IMG/VR virus record: IMGVR_UViG_2634166501_000001
Span: 964-64,963 of that record
DNA length: 64,000 nucleotides
Source of the DNA: a virus
Lineage: Duplodnaviria > Caudoviricetes
Direction: 5' to 3' (one strand)
Positions 19,201 to 28,835 of the stretch are shown in pieces; the stretch's first letter is position 1, and each line of letters begins with the position of its first letter. The translations under genes and the position numbers were made by a program. The notes beneath the pieces are model-generated. The model ran no database searches. It was not told where the DNA came from and saw only the letters and a program-made list of their open reading frames with translations.

Positions 19201-20982
19201 GCTGATCTGTTGCGCGAGCGCTTGTGTCTCGTCAATCACAACTTGTTCTAGGTTGGCAATACTGCCCGTTAGCAGCGCATCGGCGGCTTGATAATCCGCC
19301 TCTAGGCTGTCGGCCCTCTGCGCTAAAGCTCCGGTTTCCGTCGCTAAGGTCTGCTCAAGGGCGCTAACTTTGGCGTTGGTTTGGCTGTCTGCCGCTTTGT
19401 AGTCCGACTCTAAACCGTCTACACGCTGGCTCATGGCCTGATTTGCATCGGCAACGGTTTGGCTCAATGCCGTTAAGCTGGCGTTGGTTTCGGTATCTGC
19501 GGCCTTATAAGCACTGTCTAACGCATCGACGCGTTGACTCATCGCCTGATTACTGTCGCTGACCGTTTGTTCCAGAGACGACAAGCTGGCGTTTGTCGCT
19601 GAGTCTGCCGCTTTATACGCGGTATCGAGCTCGGTGACTCGTTGTGACAACGCCTCGTTTTCACTGACTACCGTTTGTTCAAGCGTCGTCAGCTTGGCGT
19701 TAATCTCGATGTCGCTCGCTTTCATCGACGCTTCAAGGCCCGTGACGATCTCCGCTAAAGCGTGATCGGCTTCGGCCAGTACACGTTTGGCCTCGGTAAT
19801 TTGTGCGGACGTTTCGGCGGCTTGCGCGGCGTTTTGCGTCGTGTATGCGGCGTTAAGCTGTGACACTTGCATCGCGAGCACTTTGCTTGTGTCTGCCAGT
19901 ACCTTTTCAAGCTGCTTTACGTTGGCATACGCGCTGGCATCTGCCGATTGGTACTCGGCCTCAATTCGTGCCAGCTCGCCATCGATGGCGGCTTTGGCAT
20001 TAGTGAGCGCCTGATCTAAATCGACATCAGCTTGAGATAGTGCTGCTTTCGCCTCTGACAGAGCGCTGTTCGTCGCGTCTATCGCTTGCGATAAAGTGGC
20101 GTCGGCTTGTTCCAGATCACTTTTGGCCGTTTCTATCTCTTGACGTGCCTGGTCGATACCGGCTTGCAGTGTCGCGTCCGCTTGAGATAACTCCGCCTTC
20201 GCCGTACTGAGCTCTTGCTGAGTCTGGCCAAGGCTCGTTTGCAACGCATCATTTGCCAATTCCAGATCGGCTTTGGCTTGGACCAATGCTAGATTCGCGT
20301 CATCGATACCAGCTTGCAGCGTCGCGTCTACTTGTTCGAGGTCAGACTTTGCTTGCGCTAAATCCTGCTGCGCTTTGGCAATGTCGGCGTTTGCCTGGTC
20401 GAGCTGCGCCTTGGTTGCTTTGGTGTCGATATCGCTTTGCAGCGCCTTAAACACCTCAGAGTTACTAAGCTGCTCCGCCAGTTCATCAATGATGTCGCCA
20501 ATGTCCGGCGAAGTCTGCGCTAGAACGCCGTTCACATCCTGATACGGTCCCGCGATGTTGTTCTTATTGATAAAGCGGATCCAGTAGTAAAACGTACTAC
20601 CGGTATTCACCACATCGGAAAACACGTTGGCGGGCGTGGTGGCAATCTGCACCGCTTGAGACAAGTTATTTTCCGTCGCTCGCCACACCTCGGCATAGGC
20701 ATAGCCTTTGAACGTTGGGTTATCCCATTGCACTAAGATGGCCGAAAAGCCCCCGAACGCTTGCACGTTTTGCGGGGCGTGAGGCACTTCAACAATGTCA
20801 CCACCACTGCCGCCGGAGTTACTGCCAACGACAATTTTATTCACTGTGCCCTTAATCGCGGCGACGTCTTTCTCGGTCACGGCTTTATACAGCCCGTTCC
20901 CGCGTTGTCCTGTGAGAATTTCTACGTTTTCATATAAGACATCGAGCGAGCGTCCCGCCCGAAAAGGAGATTTCTTAGCCAT
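16273..20982 (-). CDS. Long coiled-coil tail fibre/host-specificity protein (FN3-like N-terminus, DUF1983-like C-terminus)
   Basis: YAEVWRA...YYWIRFIN; 36-aa YKAAD repeats; AGIGIV...ASQFFVFDP...FAIDQGKVVI. Confidence 0.8.
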   Translation of the reverse strand: MAKKSPFRAGRSLDVLYENVEILTGQRGNGLYKAVTEKDVAAIKGTVNKIVVGSNSGGSGGDIVEVPHAPQNVQAFGGFSAILVQWDNPTFKGYAYAEVWRATENNLSQAVQIATTPANVFSDVVNTGSTFYYWIRFINKNNIAGPYQDVNGVLAQTSPDIGDIIDELAEQLSNSEVFKALQSDIDTKATKAQLDQANADIAKAQQDLAQAKSDLEQVDATLQAGIDDANLALVQAKADLELANDALQTSLGQTQQELSTAKAELSQADATLQAGIDQARQEIETAKSDLEQADATLSQAIDATNSALSEAKAALSQADVDLDQALTNAKAAIDGELARIEAEYQSADASAYANVKQLEKVLADTSKVLAMQVSQLNAAYTTQNAAQAAETSAQITEAKRVLAEADHALAEIVTGLEASMKASDIEINAKLTTLEQTVVSENEALSQRVTELDTAYKAADSATNASLSSLEQTVSDSNQAMSQRVDALDSAYKAADTETNASLTALSQTVADANQAMSQRVDGLESDYKAADSQTNAKVSALEQTLATETGALAQRADSLEADYQAADALLTGSIANLEQVVIDETQALAQQISSLDTAYKAADAATNASLDTLSQTVSDGDSALAQQINNLDTAYKAADAETNATLTTLSKTVSDNNSALAEQISSLDTAYKAADAATNATVTNLAKSVSDGDSALSERIDSLDVAYKAADAATNANLSSLEQTVADETQALAQQINSLDSAYKAADAATNASIDTLSQTVSDGDSALAQQINNLDTAYKAADAETNATLTTLSKTVSDNNSALAEQISSLDTAYKAADAATNATVTTLAKSVSDGDSALSERIDSLDVAYKAADAATNANLSSLEQTVADETQALAQQITNLDAAYKAADVATNAALSELEQVTSNADEALSQQITDMESSVEAGDAKNLAMLQALNQTVANAAKVMAMQIQQLNAAYGAVSEGETAVSEAKFTESRKALADAEQALVEQITALESTFNSQLGQTNANLSSLEQTVADETQALAQQLTQIDAAYKAADSQTNANLSSLEQVVTVAGQALSQRLDNMDSAYKAADAATNSNLSTLEQTVASGDSAMSQRLDTMSAEYKAADSQTNANLSSLAQTVSDNEQAMSQRVDSIDSAYKAADAQTNASITALEQTVADETQALSQQITGIDSAYKAADAATNASLTSLQQTVASNNSSMSQRVDTVEATANTANQKGDEAKAASQTNSQAIATINQDGSEAFKALWSTKVQAGDITAGIGIVAKSDGTSQVAVSASQFFVFDPNNPEVITPTFAIDQGKVVIPTAMIEKATIQILTSQQITADFVRASIQIVSPSIQGGDITGSIIRIGAGGPYAGYNFYVDPQGNASMRNAWIEGHVRATSGEMENVTIKETCTIKGHLDGATGTFAGTVEAKNIIGDLVAAKAVVLSRNQIGANWTTIGSFSGINNTKHEASLFVGGATVTLRCAVNPRQKGSAEGSVRVIVNGSVVSECMSTAKAESTSDSSGASETISFAGVGAVVPLPIGQSFSVSIQVRTSSVNATGTIWASSDAVAQLFRNGAAFD
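18330..19200 (-). repeat. Near-identical 432-bp tandem duplication in the fibre gene
   Basis: Sequence at 18542 recurs at 18974 (four 36-aa units); boundaries approximate. Confidence 0.85.
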
Positions 20983-22595
20983 TAGTACAGCTCCGACAAA
21001 GAATCGGCTAACAAGATCCGCTCTACTTTGCTCGGCCCCTCAATGCGCACTTGCCATTTGGCAGCGCGTACCGGCGGCAAGCGAAAAGGATCATGGTTAA
21101 GTTCGCCAGCCGCCAAAGTGAAAATCACTTCACCGTCAGCAATAAACGTCACACTCAACTCCTGCGGGAATTCCGCTTGGATGCGAGCGCAAGTTAACGA
21201 CGCGTTTTGCGCGATAAGAAAGGTTTTGCTTTGCCAAGTCATCGGCACCAGTGCTGCGCCGCGACGCCAAGCTTTTAACGCGGTGCCATTGGCAATAAAC
21301 AGGGTGTCTTCGTTCAGGTAGTGATAAGCCGCATCCCAAGAGGCAGACAAGCGGGTAAAGCTTTGTGTGCTTGGGTCAAAGATGAACGCGCCGCCGTCAT
21401 ACTGCGCGATATACTGCCCTTCATTGGCCCATGCTTTGATGGTTTCTGGCTTGAAGCTTTGCCAGCTATCACGGTCGATGAGCCCTTCCGTCACCACCAC
21501 TGCGCTCGATGTCGAGATAGCAACCAAGCCATCCGGTGAGGCATAAAGCGCCATGCCATTAATCACAACAAGCGATTGTGCACTGACACACGCTTGCTCG
21601 ACGTTGAGGCGCATGCCGGTGATCATTTCCGGTGTCACACCAGAAAACAGATACGGCTTCCCTTTGGTTGCCACAACCAACGAAGTTTCAATCGGGGCGA
21701 TGGCCACAATGTCATCATCCGTGGTGCCACGGTTCGCTTTGTTCCAGGCATACGGCAGATACGCTTCGGAAAACATCACCTCGTTACCGGCGAACCCTGC
21801 ACAAATGCCGTTCGCCATCGCGCATAGCCCCTGCATGGTCGCGTCCGGCATGTCGTAGTCCCACGTTTCTAGCGCCGGACCGTTCACCTCTCGCGCTGAA
21901 TCGATGTATTGCGTTTGGCTAATTGGCAATTCCGCGACAAGCAAATAATCCCCTTCACCGCTGGATGTCACCGAGCGATATAAGCGGGTATGGGTGATGT
22001 TGTGCGTGTTCACGCCTGGCGCGGCAAGTCGGACCGTCACCGTTGAACCAGGCTTTTCAATCAAGGTGGGTTCACTGGCCTCCCCTGGTGCGCCTTCTTC
22101 CCCAAAGCGCGTGACATAGGTTTGGATGTACAGTCGGTCTTCATCGTCGTAAGCGGGCAGCTCGCCTTCTGGCGGTTCTTCACCCGTCGCAACGCTCACG
22201 CTGGTCACAATCGGCTTGCTGCTTGGTCTGGGTACGCCGAGGTCATACCAAGCGGCAGGCATAGTGCCCGCGCCAGTGGCGATGTCTTGCGCGGTGACTT
22301 TAGGCTTGTCTTGCCCCGTCCAGTACACGCGTTGATATGGGTCTTGCGCCATCGGATTGGCAATCACACTAACGGGCTGACTGAACGTAAACCAATGCGT
22401 ATGCGCGTAGAGAAACAGCGAGTCGGGCGAGTTTGGCAGCGTCGCTTTGTCTAAATCCGAACGAATTGGCGCAACAATGCCGCGTGTAAAGGTGCAATCT
22501 TGCGCGAATGTCGCGGTGTCATCGGGGAGTAAATGAGGCTCAAGGCGAGGCACCTCGCCCTTCATTGTGGAGATATCAATTCGCATTTGTCTCAT
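20982..22595 (-). CDS. Tail tubular/nozzle-type structural protein
   Basis: 537 aa; GEVPRLEPHLLP, FSEAYLPYAW; position between fibre genes. Confidence 0.65.
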   Translation of the reverse strand: MRQMRIDISTMKGEVPRLEPHLLPDDTATFAQDCTFTRGIVAPIRSDLDKATLPNSPDSLFLYAHTHWFTFSQPVSVIANPMAQDPYQRVYWTGQDKPKVTAQDIATGAGTMPAAWYDLGVPRPSSKPIVTSVSVATGEEPPEGELPAYDDEDRLYIQTYVTRFGEEGAPGEASEPTLIEKPGSTVTVRLAAPGVNTHNITHTRLYRSVTSSGEGDYLLVAELPISQTQYIDSAREVNGPALETWDYDMPDATMQGLCAMANGICAGFAGNEVMFSEAYLPYAWNKANRGTTDDDIVAIAPIETSLVVATKGKPYLFSGVTPEMITGMRLNVEQACVSAQSLVVINGMALYASPDGLVAISTSSAVVVTEGLIDRDSWQSFKPETIKAWANEGQYIAQYDGGAFIFDPSTQSFTRLSASWDAAYHYLNEDTLFIANGTALKAWRRGAALVPMTWQSKTFLIAQNASLTCARIQAEFPQELSVTFIADGEVIFTLAAGELNHDPFRLPPVRAAKWQVRIEGPSKVERILLADSLSELY

Positions 22596-22654
22596 CCTGC
22601 AAAGACAAAAAAAGCGGCCAACTGGCCGCTTGATGAGTTGGGGTTAGTGTGTGG

Positions 22655-23452
22655 CTAGATAGTCACTTTAAAAGGGGTGAGCCGGTCGCCACTGCGCCAC
22701 TGGTTGTAAGCAGTGAAGATGGCTTGTTCGCGGTCATAAAAAGCGTTAACGATGGCGCGAACGTCTTCATAAGTTAGAGAAACTATCTCGTTAGATTTGG
22801 CAATCCAGCCGATAGACTCCTGCGCTTTATCTGGATTCGCCGCCACCGCCGCAATGCGTTTGTTGAAATTATCAATGCCAAACAAACCATCTTTGCCTTG
22901 GCCCATCTGATACAACTTACCGTGGTACTCGATATCACTGAACGTTGCAGACTTGCGAGTTTGAATCGCTAAGTCAGCATGATAGGCCGCAATGTCACGC
23001 ATCAAATCGTCGGTAAAAGCTTCCTGCTTGGCCACATCCACCACCGGACGATCTGGCGCGGGGATAATTGTCTCGATGTATTCTTGCTGTTCTTCATCCC
23101 AAACTGGCTCTGTAGGTTGCTCTTTCTCCCACAATGATAGGGCGTACAACCAGTCGAGGTACTGGTTGTGATTTACGCTGAACGCTTCCCAAGCAATGGC
23201 TCTTTCAAGCTCCGGCTTGATAACGCTATCCCAAGGCTTACGCTCACTCTTACGAAGCTGCACATCTTGGTAAGTGACTTTATCCGGCTGGTTAAGGACC
23301 ACCACAATGTAAGGCTCTACGATAGGAGAGCTTTCGCCCTCCTCGTTCGGTTCCGTATACCCAACCACACGTTCGCGAGTATCTTCTGCGTAATAGTGAC
23401 GTATGTTTTCATCCACCTCAGCAAGCGAGGCGTAGTTTGTATCAATCATCAT
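22655..23452 (-). CDS. Tail-fibre-associated protein (assembly/chaperone-like)
   Basis: ATGA overlap with the fibre gene stop; C-terminal WIAKSNEIVSLT. Confidence 0.55.
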   Translation of the reverse strand: MMIDTNYASLAEVDENIRHYYAEDTRERVVGYTEPNEEGESSPIVEPYIVVVLNQPDKVTYQDVQLRKSERKPWDSVIKPELERAIAWEAFSVNHNQYLDWLYALSLWEKEQPTEPVWDEEQQEYIETIIPAPDRPVVDVAKQEAFTDDLMRDIAAYHADLAIQTRKSATFSDIEYHGKLYQMGQGKDGLFGIDNFNKRIAAVAANPDKAQESIGWIAKSNEIVSLTYEDVRAIVNAFYDREQAIFTAYNQWRSGDRLTPFKVTI

Positions 23453-26400
23453 AAATCCACTCCTGGCACTTGCGCCCCAAACCTTGCGTGGTTGTCTACC
23501 CAGCCGATTGGCAAGGCCAACACAGCGTAGCCGTACAAGCATGATTGCTCGTTGAGGTTGTTGTAGATTCCGGTACCACCAATGACACGCATAGAGCTAT
23601 CATCCCCCCAACCAGCACCATTGTGTTTCAGCTCGTTCCAGACAAAACCAAGGGTGGCTTGGCCATTTTCTGACGTAGCATGAGGCAAAATTTTAATCGA
23701 GGGGGAGGAGTTGGCTGGCTGACTCATCGTTATTGGTTGGTGCTCTGGGAGATACCCAGCTACGTTGTATAGCAGGCCGTCGTGCCCAACCAAATCACTA
23801 GTGAGCGGACAACTGCCGTAACGTTTACCGGACGCATTGGACGTAAGCACTTGACCCATTAGAGACTCAGCCAGTAGTGACCCCTTCTCAGTACGGTAAT
23901 CTTGGGTTGTGATGACAGAACCTAACCCTTTTTTGTAGCCATACACTTTTGACGCAGATGACGGTTTGGTCACTTTCGCGGCAGCGGTGTATTGGTAAAG
24001 ATTTACTACATCTGCCCCCCACGTAGTGATAGTGGTATTAGTCTCAGGATAGAATGTTGAGGGGCTTTGTGTCCAAGATACCCCGAGGTCAGAAGTAAAC
24101 AATCGCGTTATATTTCCTGATTGCAAGTTCTTTCTCGTAAGCTGCCAAGTACCTTTAACCCCATCTGGAATACCCAACCAACTTCCCGCCCAACCGCCTT
24201 TCAACGCATCGACTTTCAGTATATTGGCAGGGTGGCCAGAGACGTCGGTTTGCAGGAAGTTCCCGGAGACTGAGAGGTTTATTGGTCGTTTAGGCACAAC
24301 AAAGCATTTACCTGTTATATCAACGCTAGTTGATGAAACACCATAAGCTCTGGTGAGATACACATAGTCATTACTTGAATCCCCAGCCACCTTAGAAATA
24401 GGGTAGATAGTTCCACTTGCATCAATAAAATGTCCGCCAACAGTCGTAGAGGCGCGATCTTCTGTATAGGCATTGAAAAACTTAGAGTGAACTGTGCCTT
24501 TTGGTAAGTTGATGTGTACAAAATCAGGTTGTATCCCCTTGCTTAATGGCACACCGCAGTCAAATACGGCTGTTTCTGATAGTGACTCCATCCCCCGCAT
24601 AGTCCCATTCTCAGCTTTTGCCATCGCTTTGAAATAGTCTTCCATTGTGATTGGGAATGCCGACAGTCTGCGGTCAATCACGCCGCCTTCGCCGTCGGGG
24701 TAGATTGCGTCGTAGAACTTGCCATCGGGTCGGCCTAGAGCGGTGTCAGAAGCAATCGATCCCCCAAGATTAGTGTTGAATGGTGTACCAACTCCATCAA
24801 TAGTGGTCGCTTTTTTGAACGCGTCAGCTTTTGTAGTCGGCTTAACAACTCCTGGCATCCAATACTTCTCTCCCCAACCATCCGTTTTATTCCATGGCTG
24901 AGCACCAAGGGGGTTCCATTCGTGATACGCCCCCTGATTGAGCCGCAAAACAGTGGCTAAGACGTAGAAGTAGCATTCGCCGTTGTAAGCTCTTCCTGTA
25001 GGGATATATCCGTAACCTGCGCTAGCTTTATAAACGCCTTTGTCTCTAAAATTTGGATCACCCCACATTGTAGAAGACGTTTGTCTAGGGCAGTACAGCA
25101 CACTACCAACACTGGAAGATCTTAATGGCTCAACTGTATCTTGGTTTCCTTGGGCATTAACGTACATTGGACTCTCGCCAGCGCCATCCCTGAAAGTCAG
25201 GTATAAGTTTTCAGCGCTATTTATTCGCTCCCAATCCCCATTCCCAGCCCCAGCAATCGTTCTTGGGCGAACTCTGAACTGCACCAACTTCCCATCAATG
25301 ACATAAACATGATGGTACGGGTTCTGCAAAATCGTCAGCAGTTGCGCATCGGTTAAGTCGTTCAAATTCCAACCACGGCCACGCGAGGTTGTATCACCAG
25401 TGAAGTTGGCAAAATAGGTGATTGGTCGAACGTTATCGACCGTTGTAGCAATGCCGTCAACACTGGTTGCTTGGTTGTTAATGCCGCCGTAAGGGTAGAT
25501 GTACGGTTTGGCTGGCGTAATTTCTTCTAAGTAGCCTTCGAGACCAGAGAGGTCTACGCGTTCAGTGACGACTTCTTCTGTGATTGGGCGGATGTAGATA
25601 TACTCTATTTCAATTTGTGCGTTCGCCCCGCCACCAGATATATTAAATACTGAGCCATTTTTCCCACTTATGACTTTCCTGACTTCTGAACCATTCCCAG
25701 TAGGGAACACCTCTGACCCTACGTAATTCTGGTTTAACCTTACTGTTATTCCTTGGTTTGACCAATATTTAATAACGACTTCATACTGATTAGTTTCAGA
25801 GAAGAACAGATTATTTTGGTATAGCAGAGTGTTGCTTGTAGATGGGCTTACCGCTCTTAATTTTCCGTCAACTAGGGTAACAGTACTGCCAGATATAGTT
25901 GACCAGCCACTAGTACCATTTCTTAGATCCCCATTCTTAACCATCCCCTCAAACGCCCTCGCCACCGCCTCATTCACGTTCGGCGCGACATCCCCATACT
26001 TAGGGTCAACTTCGGTTAGCAGGTTCAGCGTAGGCTTGCCCGTACCACGACAGTTGCCAGAGCTGTCGTAGATATCGGTGCCGTCTGGGGCTTGGGGGAA
26101 TTTCAGCTGGCACTGGGCTGTGAGTGTGATGTTGACTGCCCTAAGTGAGATGGGAAACCCAGCGATGTTAAACACAGGGTAGTCTGTCTCTGAACTGCCT
26201 AAGTGCCCTGATGAAATTCCAGATTTACCGACAATAAGTAGGTTAGGCGTTGCTCTATCTGACCACATACCTTCATTGACATTATTGGTGCTATGCCCAA
26301 TACCCGCATGAATCATCCCACTCGCCGCGCACTGACGATTAACCGACGCTCTCATTGCGTCCATGTCTGCTTTAGTACGTGCGAACGCGAGTGCAGTAAG

Positions 26401-26709
26401 CCAGCCTGAACTAATCTTACCCTGTGAATTCGCCAGCGGAATTTTGCCCGGTGAAGGGTCAATGGTTGCGGTCCCTCCGGTGACGATAGCAGCAGCGTTT
26501 TGTTCGGATACCTTGGCTTCGGCGGCTTTTTGGGTGGCAATATTCGCCTGGTTGACTGAATTTGTTTCCGACGCTTTGGCAGCGGCGGCAGAGCTGGCCG
26601 CATCACTGGCGCTGTTTTGCAGCACGGTGTTGCCCTTCACATACTCTTGGAGTAGTGCCGACGTCTCATCTGTCAGCTTGTTAACGCTATTTACCAGCTC
26701 TTGACTCAT
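23449..26709 (-). CDS. Tail fibre/tailspike receptor-binding protein
   Basis: 1086 aa; Ala/Ser-rich anchor, PGKIPLANSQGKI motif, beta-rich body with NGDL...GW carbohydrate-binding-like segment. Confidence 0.7.
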   Translation of the reverse strand: MSQELVNSVNKLTDETSALLQEYVKGNTVLQNSASDAASSAAAAKASETNSVNQANIATQKAAEAKVSEQNAAAIVTGGTATIDPSPGKIPLANSQGKISSGWLTALAFARTKADMDAMRASVNRQCAASGMIHAGIGHSTNNVNEGMWSDRATPNLLIVGKSGISSGHLGSSETDYPVFNIAGFPISLRAVNITLTAQCQLKFPQAPDGTDIYDSSGNCRGTGKPTLNLLTEVDPKYGDVAPNVNEAVARAFEGMVKNGDLRNGTSGWSTISGSTVTLVDGKLRAVSPSTSNTLLYQNNLFFSETNQYEVVIKYWSNQGITVRLNQNYVGSEVFPTGNGSEVRKVISGKNGSVFNISGGGANAQIEIEYIYIRPITEEVVTERVDLSGLEGYLEEITPAKPYIYPYGGINNQATSVDGIATTVDNVRPITYFANFTGDTTSRGRGWNLNDLTDAQLLTILQNPYHHVYVIDGKLVQFRVRPRTIAGAGNGDWERINSAENLYLTFRDGAGESPMYVNAQGNQDTVEPLRSSSVGSVLYCPRQTSSTMWGDPNFRDKGVYKASAGYGYIPTGRAYNGECYFYVLATVLRLNQGAYHEWNPLGAQPWNKTDGWGEKYWMPGVVKPTTKADAFKKATTIDGVGTPFNTNLGGSIASDTALGRPDGKFYDAIYPDGEGGVIDRRLSAFPITMEDYFKAMAKAENGTMRGMESLSETAVFDCGVPLSKGIQPDFVHINLPKGTVHSKFFNAYTEDRASTTVGGHFIDASGTIYPISKVAGDSSNDYVYLTRAYGVSSTSVDITGKCFVVPKRPINLSVSGNFLQTDVSGHPANILKVDALKGGWAGSWLGIPDGVKGTWQLTRKNLQSGNITRLFTSDLGVSWTQSPSTFYPETNTTITTWGADVVNLYQYTAAAKVTKPSSASKVYGYKKGLGSVITTQDYRTEKGSLLAESLMGQVLTSNASGKRYGSCPLTSDLVGHDGLLYNVAGYLPEHQPITMSQPANSSPSIKILPHATSENGQATLGFVWNELKHNGAGWGDDSSMRVIGGTGIYNNLNEQSCLYGYAVLALPIGWVDNHARFGAQVPGVDL

Positions 26710-27338
26710 TACCGCGCCCCTTCACTTTGGTTAATCATTTGTGCTTTGGCGTTATCCGTGGCGGTTTTATCACCAAGCGCCGTGGCAAACGCTTGCAAGT
26801 GAAGCTGTGCCTTCTGCCCTTCTGCCGGATTTAACGAATCTTTGTTGTAGGCGCGATACATCACAAAGTCAGCGACAACGCCCTCATAGACTTCTGAGAG
26901 CGGAAACGCCGCACTTTCATCTGTGACTTTTAGTGTGCGGGAGTAGACCACCTCCACATTCACTTGCTCTTGTGGCGCTGGATATAGAAACAGTGTGGTT
27001 TCATCGAGCTCATTGCGCGTCCAGCACACCGGTGCGCCTACCGTCGTGCGCCATTCTGGATAGAGCTGATTAAGCTTGTTGATGCTAACAAACGTCGCGG
27101 CAACGTTATCGATGTGGTTCACAGCAAGGATTTGATACGCATCGGCGGGCAACGCCACCGTATTCGATGACGTCGCGACAGCCGCCGTAGCACGGCTCAA
27201 ATCAGGACGACGAATGACAATCGCGGCAATGGCGTCGTTCATAAAGTCGATCAGTTCAGGGCGCGACCAACGCACATTGCGAAGATCGATTAAGTCCCGC
27301 GAAATGCGGTCAATCAGGTTTTTAACGGTGATGGGCAT
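26709..27338 (-). CDS. Head-tail adaptor-type structural protein
   Basis: RWSRPELIDFMNDA...YRAYNKD motifs; position after capsid genes. Confidence 0.65.
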   Translation of the reverse strand: MPITVKNLIDRISRDLIDLRNVRWSRPELIDFMNDAIAAIVIRRPDLSRATAAVATSSNTVALPADAYQILAVNHIDNVAATFVSINKLNQLYPEWRTTVGAPVCWTRNELDETTLFLYPAPQEQVNVEVVYSRTLKVTDESAAFPLSEVYEGVVADFVMYRAYNKDSLNPAEGQKAQLHLQAFATALGDKTATDNAKAQMINQSEGAR

Positions 27339-27934
27339 TAGAAGAACTCCCGTTTGCGGATCGGGTTAGAAAAGGCTTGCGGCTCGCCAGATTCCAAAGC
27401 AAAGCGCTTCGCGCTACGCATCGCTTCAACAAACCATTGACGGTACTCATTACCGAGCGATGGGTTATGCCAATCGCTGTCGGGTTGAAGCATCAGGCGA
27501 TGGGCAGCACCGTAACAAATGGCTTGCGCGTACTCATCGAGCAACAGCTTCGGCAAGGTTTTAGAGTTGACACCAGGCTCGACACTGCAATGCACGTAGA
27601 CAACCGGATTCGAAACGATAAACGACATCACATCGCGGCTCATTTGGCGGTAGTGTTCACCTTTAGTCAGTGCCGCGTGTTCTGCGTCAGTCACGCTAAT
27701 CATTTCGCTGGCAATGTAACTGCCTGAGTCGCTGTTCAGGTCCGAGCTTCCCACCACGGCAATCACATCGCCCGCCGCCACGTTTTCCAGCGTTCGTGAG
27801 TAACGAACCACACCGCTCTCGCGGCAAAACTCCTGCGCTGCTTGAACCAGTGCCGAGTGCATAAGCGGCGGCAAAGTCACATTGACGAGCTGGCGAAGCT
27901 TAGGCGTAAACAAATCGACTGAGACAGTTTCCAT
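27338..27934 (-). CDS. Structural protein (adaptor-like)
   Basis: AAQEFCRES...AICYGA..RLMLQP..W. Confidence 0.55.
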   Translation of the reverse strand: METVSVDLFTPKLRQLVNVTLPPLMHSALVQAAQEFCRESGVVRYSRTLENVAAGDVIAVVGSSDLNSDSGSYIASEMISVTDAEHAALTKGEHYRQMSRDVMSFIVSNPVVYVHCSVEPGVNSKTLPKLLLDEYAQAICYGAAHRLMLQPDSDWHNPSLGNEYRQWFVEAMRSAKRFALESGEPQAFSNPIRKREFF

Positions 27935-27937
27935 GGT

Positions 27938-28363
27938 TTACCCTTTTAACTCGGAGCGAACACGCTTGCGGTAATCATCCGCACTTTCACCAGATTGCTG
28001 GCCTTTGATATCCAGACCAGCAGCAACGATATACGTATGAATTTTCGCAGCGGCTAACTTAGAAATATCAACTTCTTCACCGCCAATGCTGACCAAGAAC
28101 GAAGCTTGTTCTGCTTCTAGCTCAGCTTGCTTTTTACGTTCTTCTTCTAACGCTGCTTTATGGGCTTCGGCTTCTTTCTGCTCTTTGATTTTGCTTTCAA
28201 GCTTATCAACATGAACAAATGTATTTTCAAAACGAAGTAGGATTGCCGCTGCCTCTTCGGTCACTTCAATTGGCTTTAAACGTGGGAACACCTGACGACT
28301 TCCAGTGATGGTGTCACGCTTACGCTCTTTAGGTCCGATGTAAACAATTTGGACTTTTGACAT
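27938..28363 (-). CDS. Hypothetical phage protein
   Basis: ORF with RBS in the head gene cluster. Confidence 0.55.
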   Translation of the reverse strand: MSKVQIVYIGPKERKRDTITGSRQVFPRLKPIEVTEEAAAILLRFENTFVHVDKLESKIKEQKEAEAHKAALEEERKKQAELEAEQASFLVSIGGEEVDISKLAAAKIHTYIVAAGLDIKGQQSGESADDYRKRVRSELKG

Positions 28364-28419
28364 GTCTTTTCTCCAAATAAAAAAGGCGGACCATGCCGCC
28401 TTTCCTTTGACTGGGTTGG

Positions 28420-28800
28420 TTAGTAGCCTTCGGCTAGATATTCCACGCCAAGGGTTACCGTGCCGTTTGCTTCAGCACCTTTGATAACGAGTGCCAGTGG
28501 CTGCTTGCTTTCTGTGTATTCAGTAGGGATCAGAATGCTTTCTGCCTTAGCACCAGAGAGTGCAATACCAGCTTTAACGACTTTTTCACCAACTTTGATG
28601 TCAGCAGTAACGCCAGCGCCAATACCAGTGGTGATTACACGAAATCCGGTGATCTTCATGCCGATTTCAAGTTCAATTACTTGAATCTCATCATTGGCGG
28701 CAATGGCAGATAACTGGACATTAACCAGTGCCAATGCAACGTTACCGTGGGTGCCTACATAAATCCGGTCTCGCATGGATGGTGCTTCATGAATTGCCAT
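28420..28800 (-). CDS. Putative capsid decoration protein
   Basis: Small beta-rich protein right after the major capsid gene. Confidence 0.55.
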   Translation of the reverse strand: MAIHEAPSMRDRIYVGTHGNVALALVNVQLSAIAANDEIQVIELEIGMKITGFRVITTGIGAGVTADIKVGEKVVKAGIALSGAKAESILIPTEYTESKQPLALVIKGAEANGTVTLGVEYLAEGY

Positions 28801-28835
28801 GTTTGTTTCTCCAAGGGGCACTTAGCCCCCTCTAA

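Noticed and set aside
17330-19700. Possible CRISPR or non-coding repeat array
   Set aside because: Repeats are in-frame 108-bp coding units of the fibre gene
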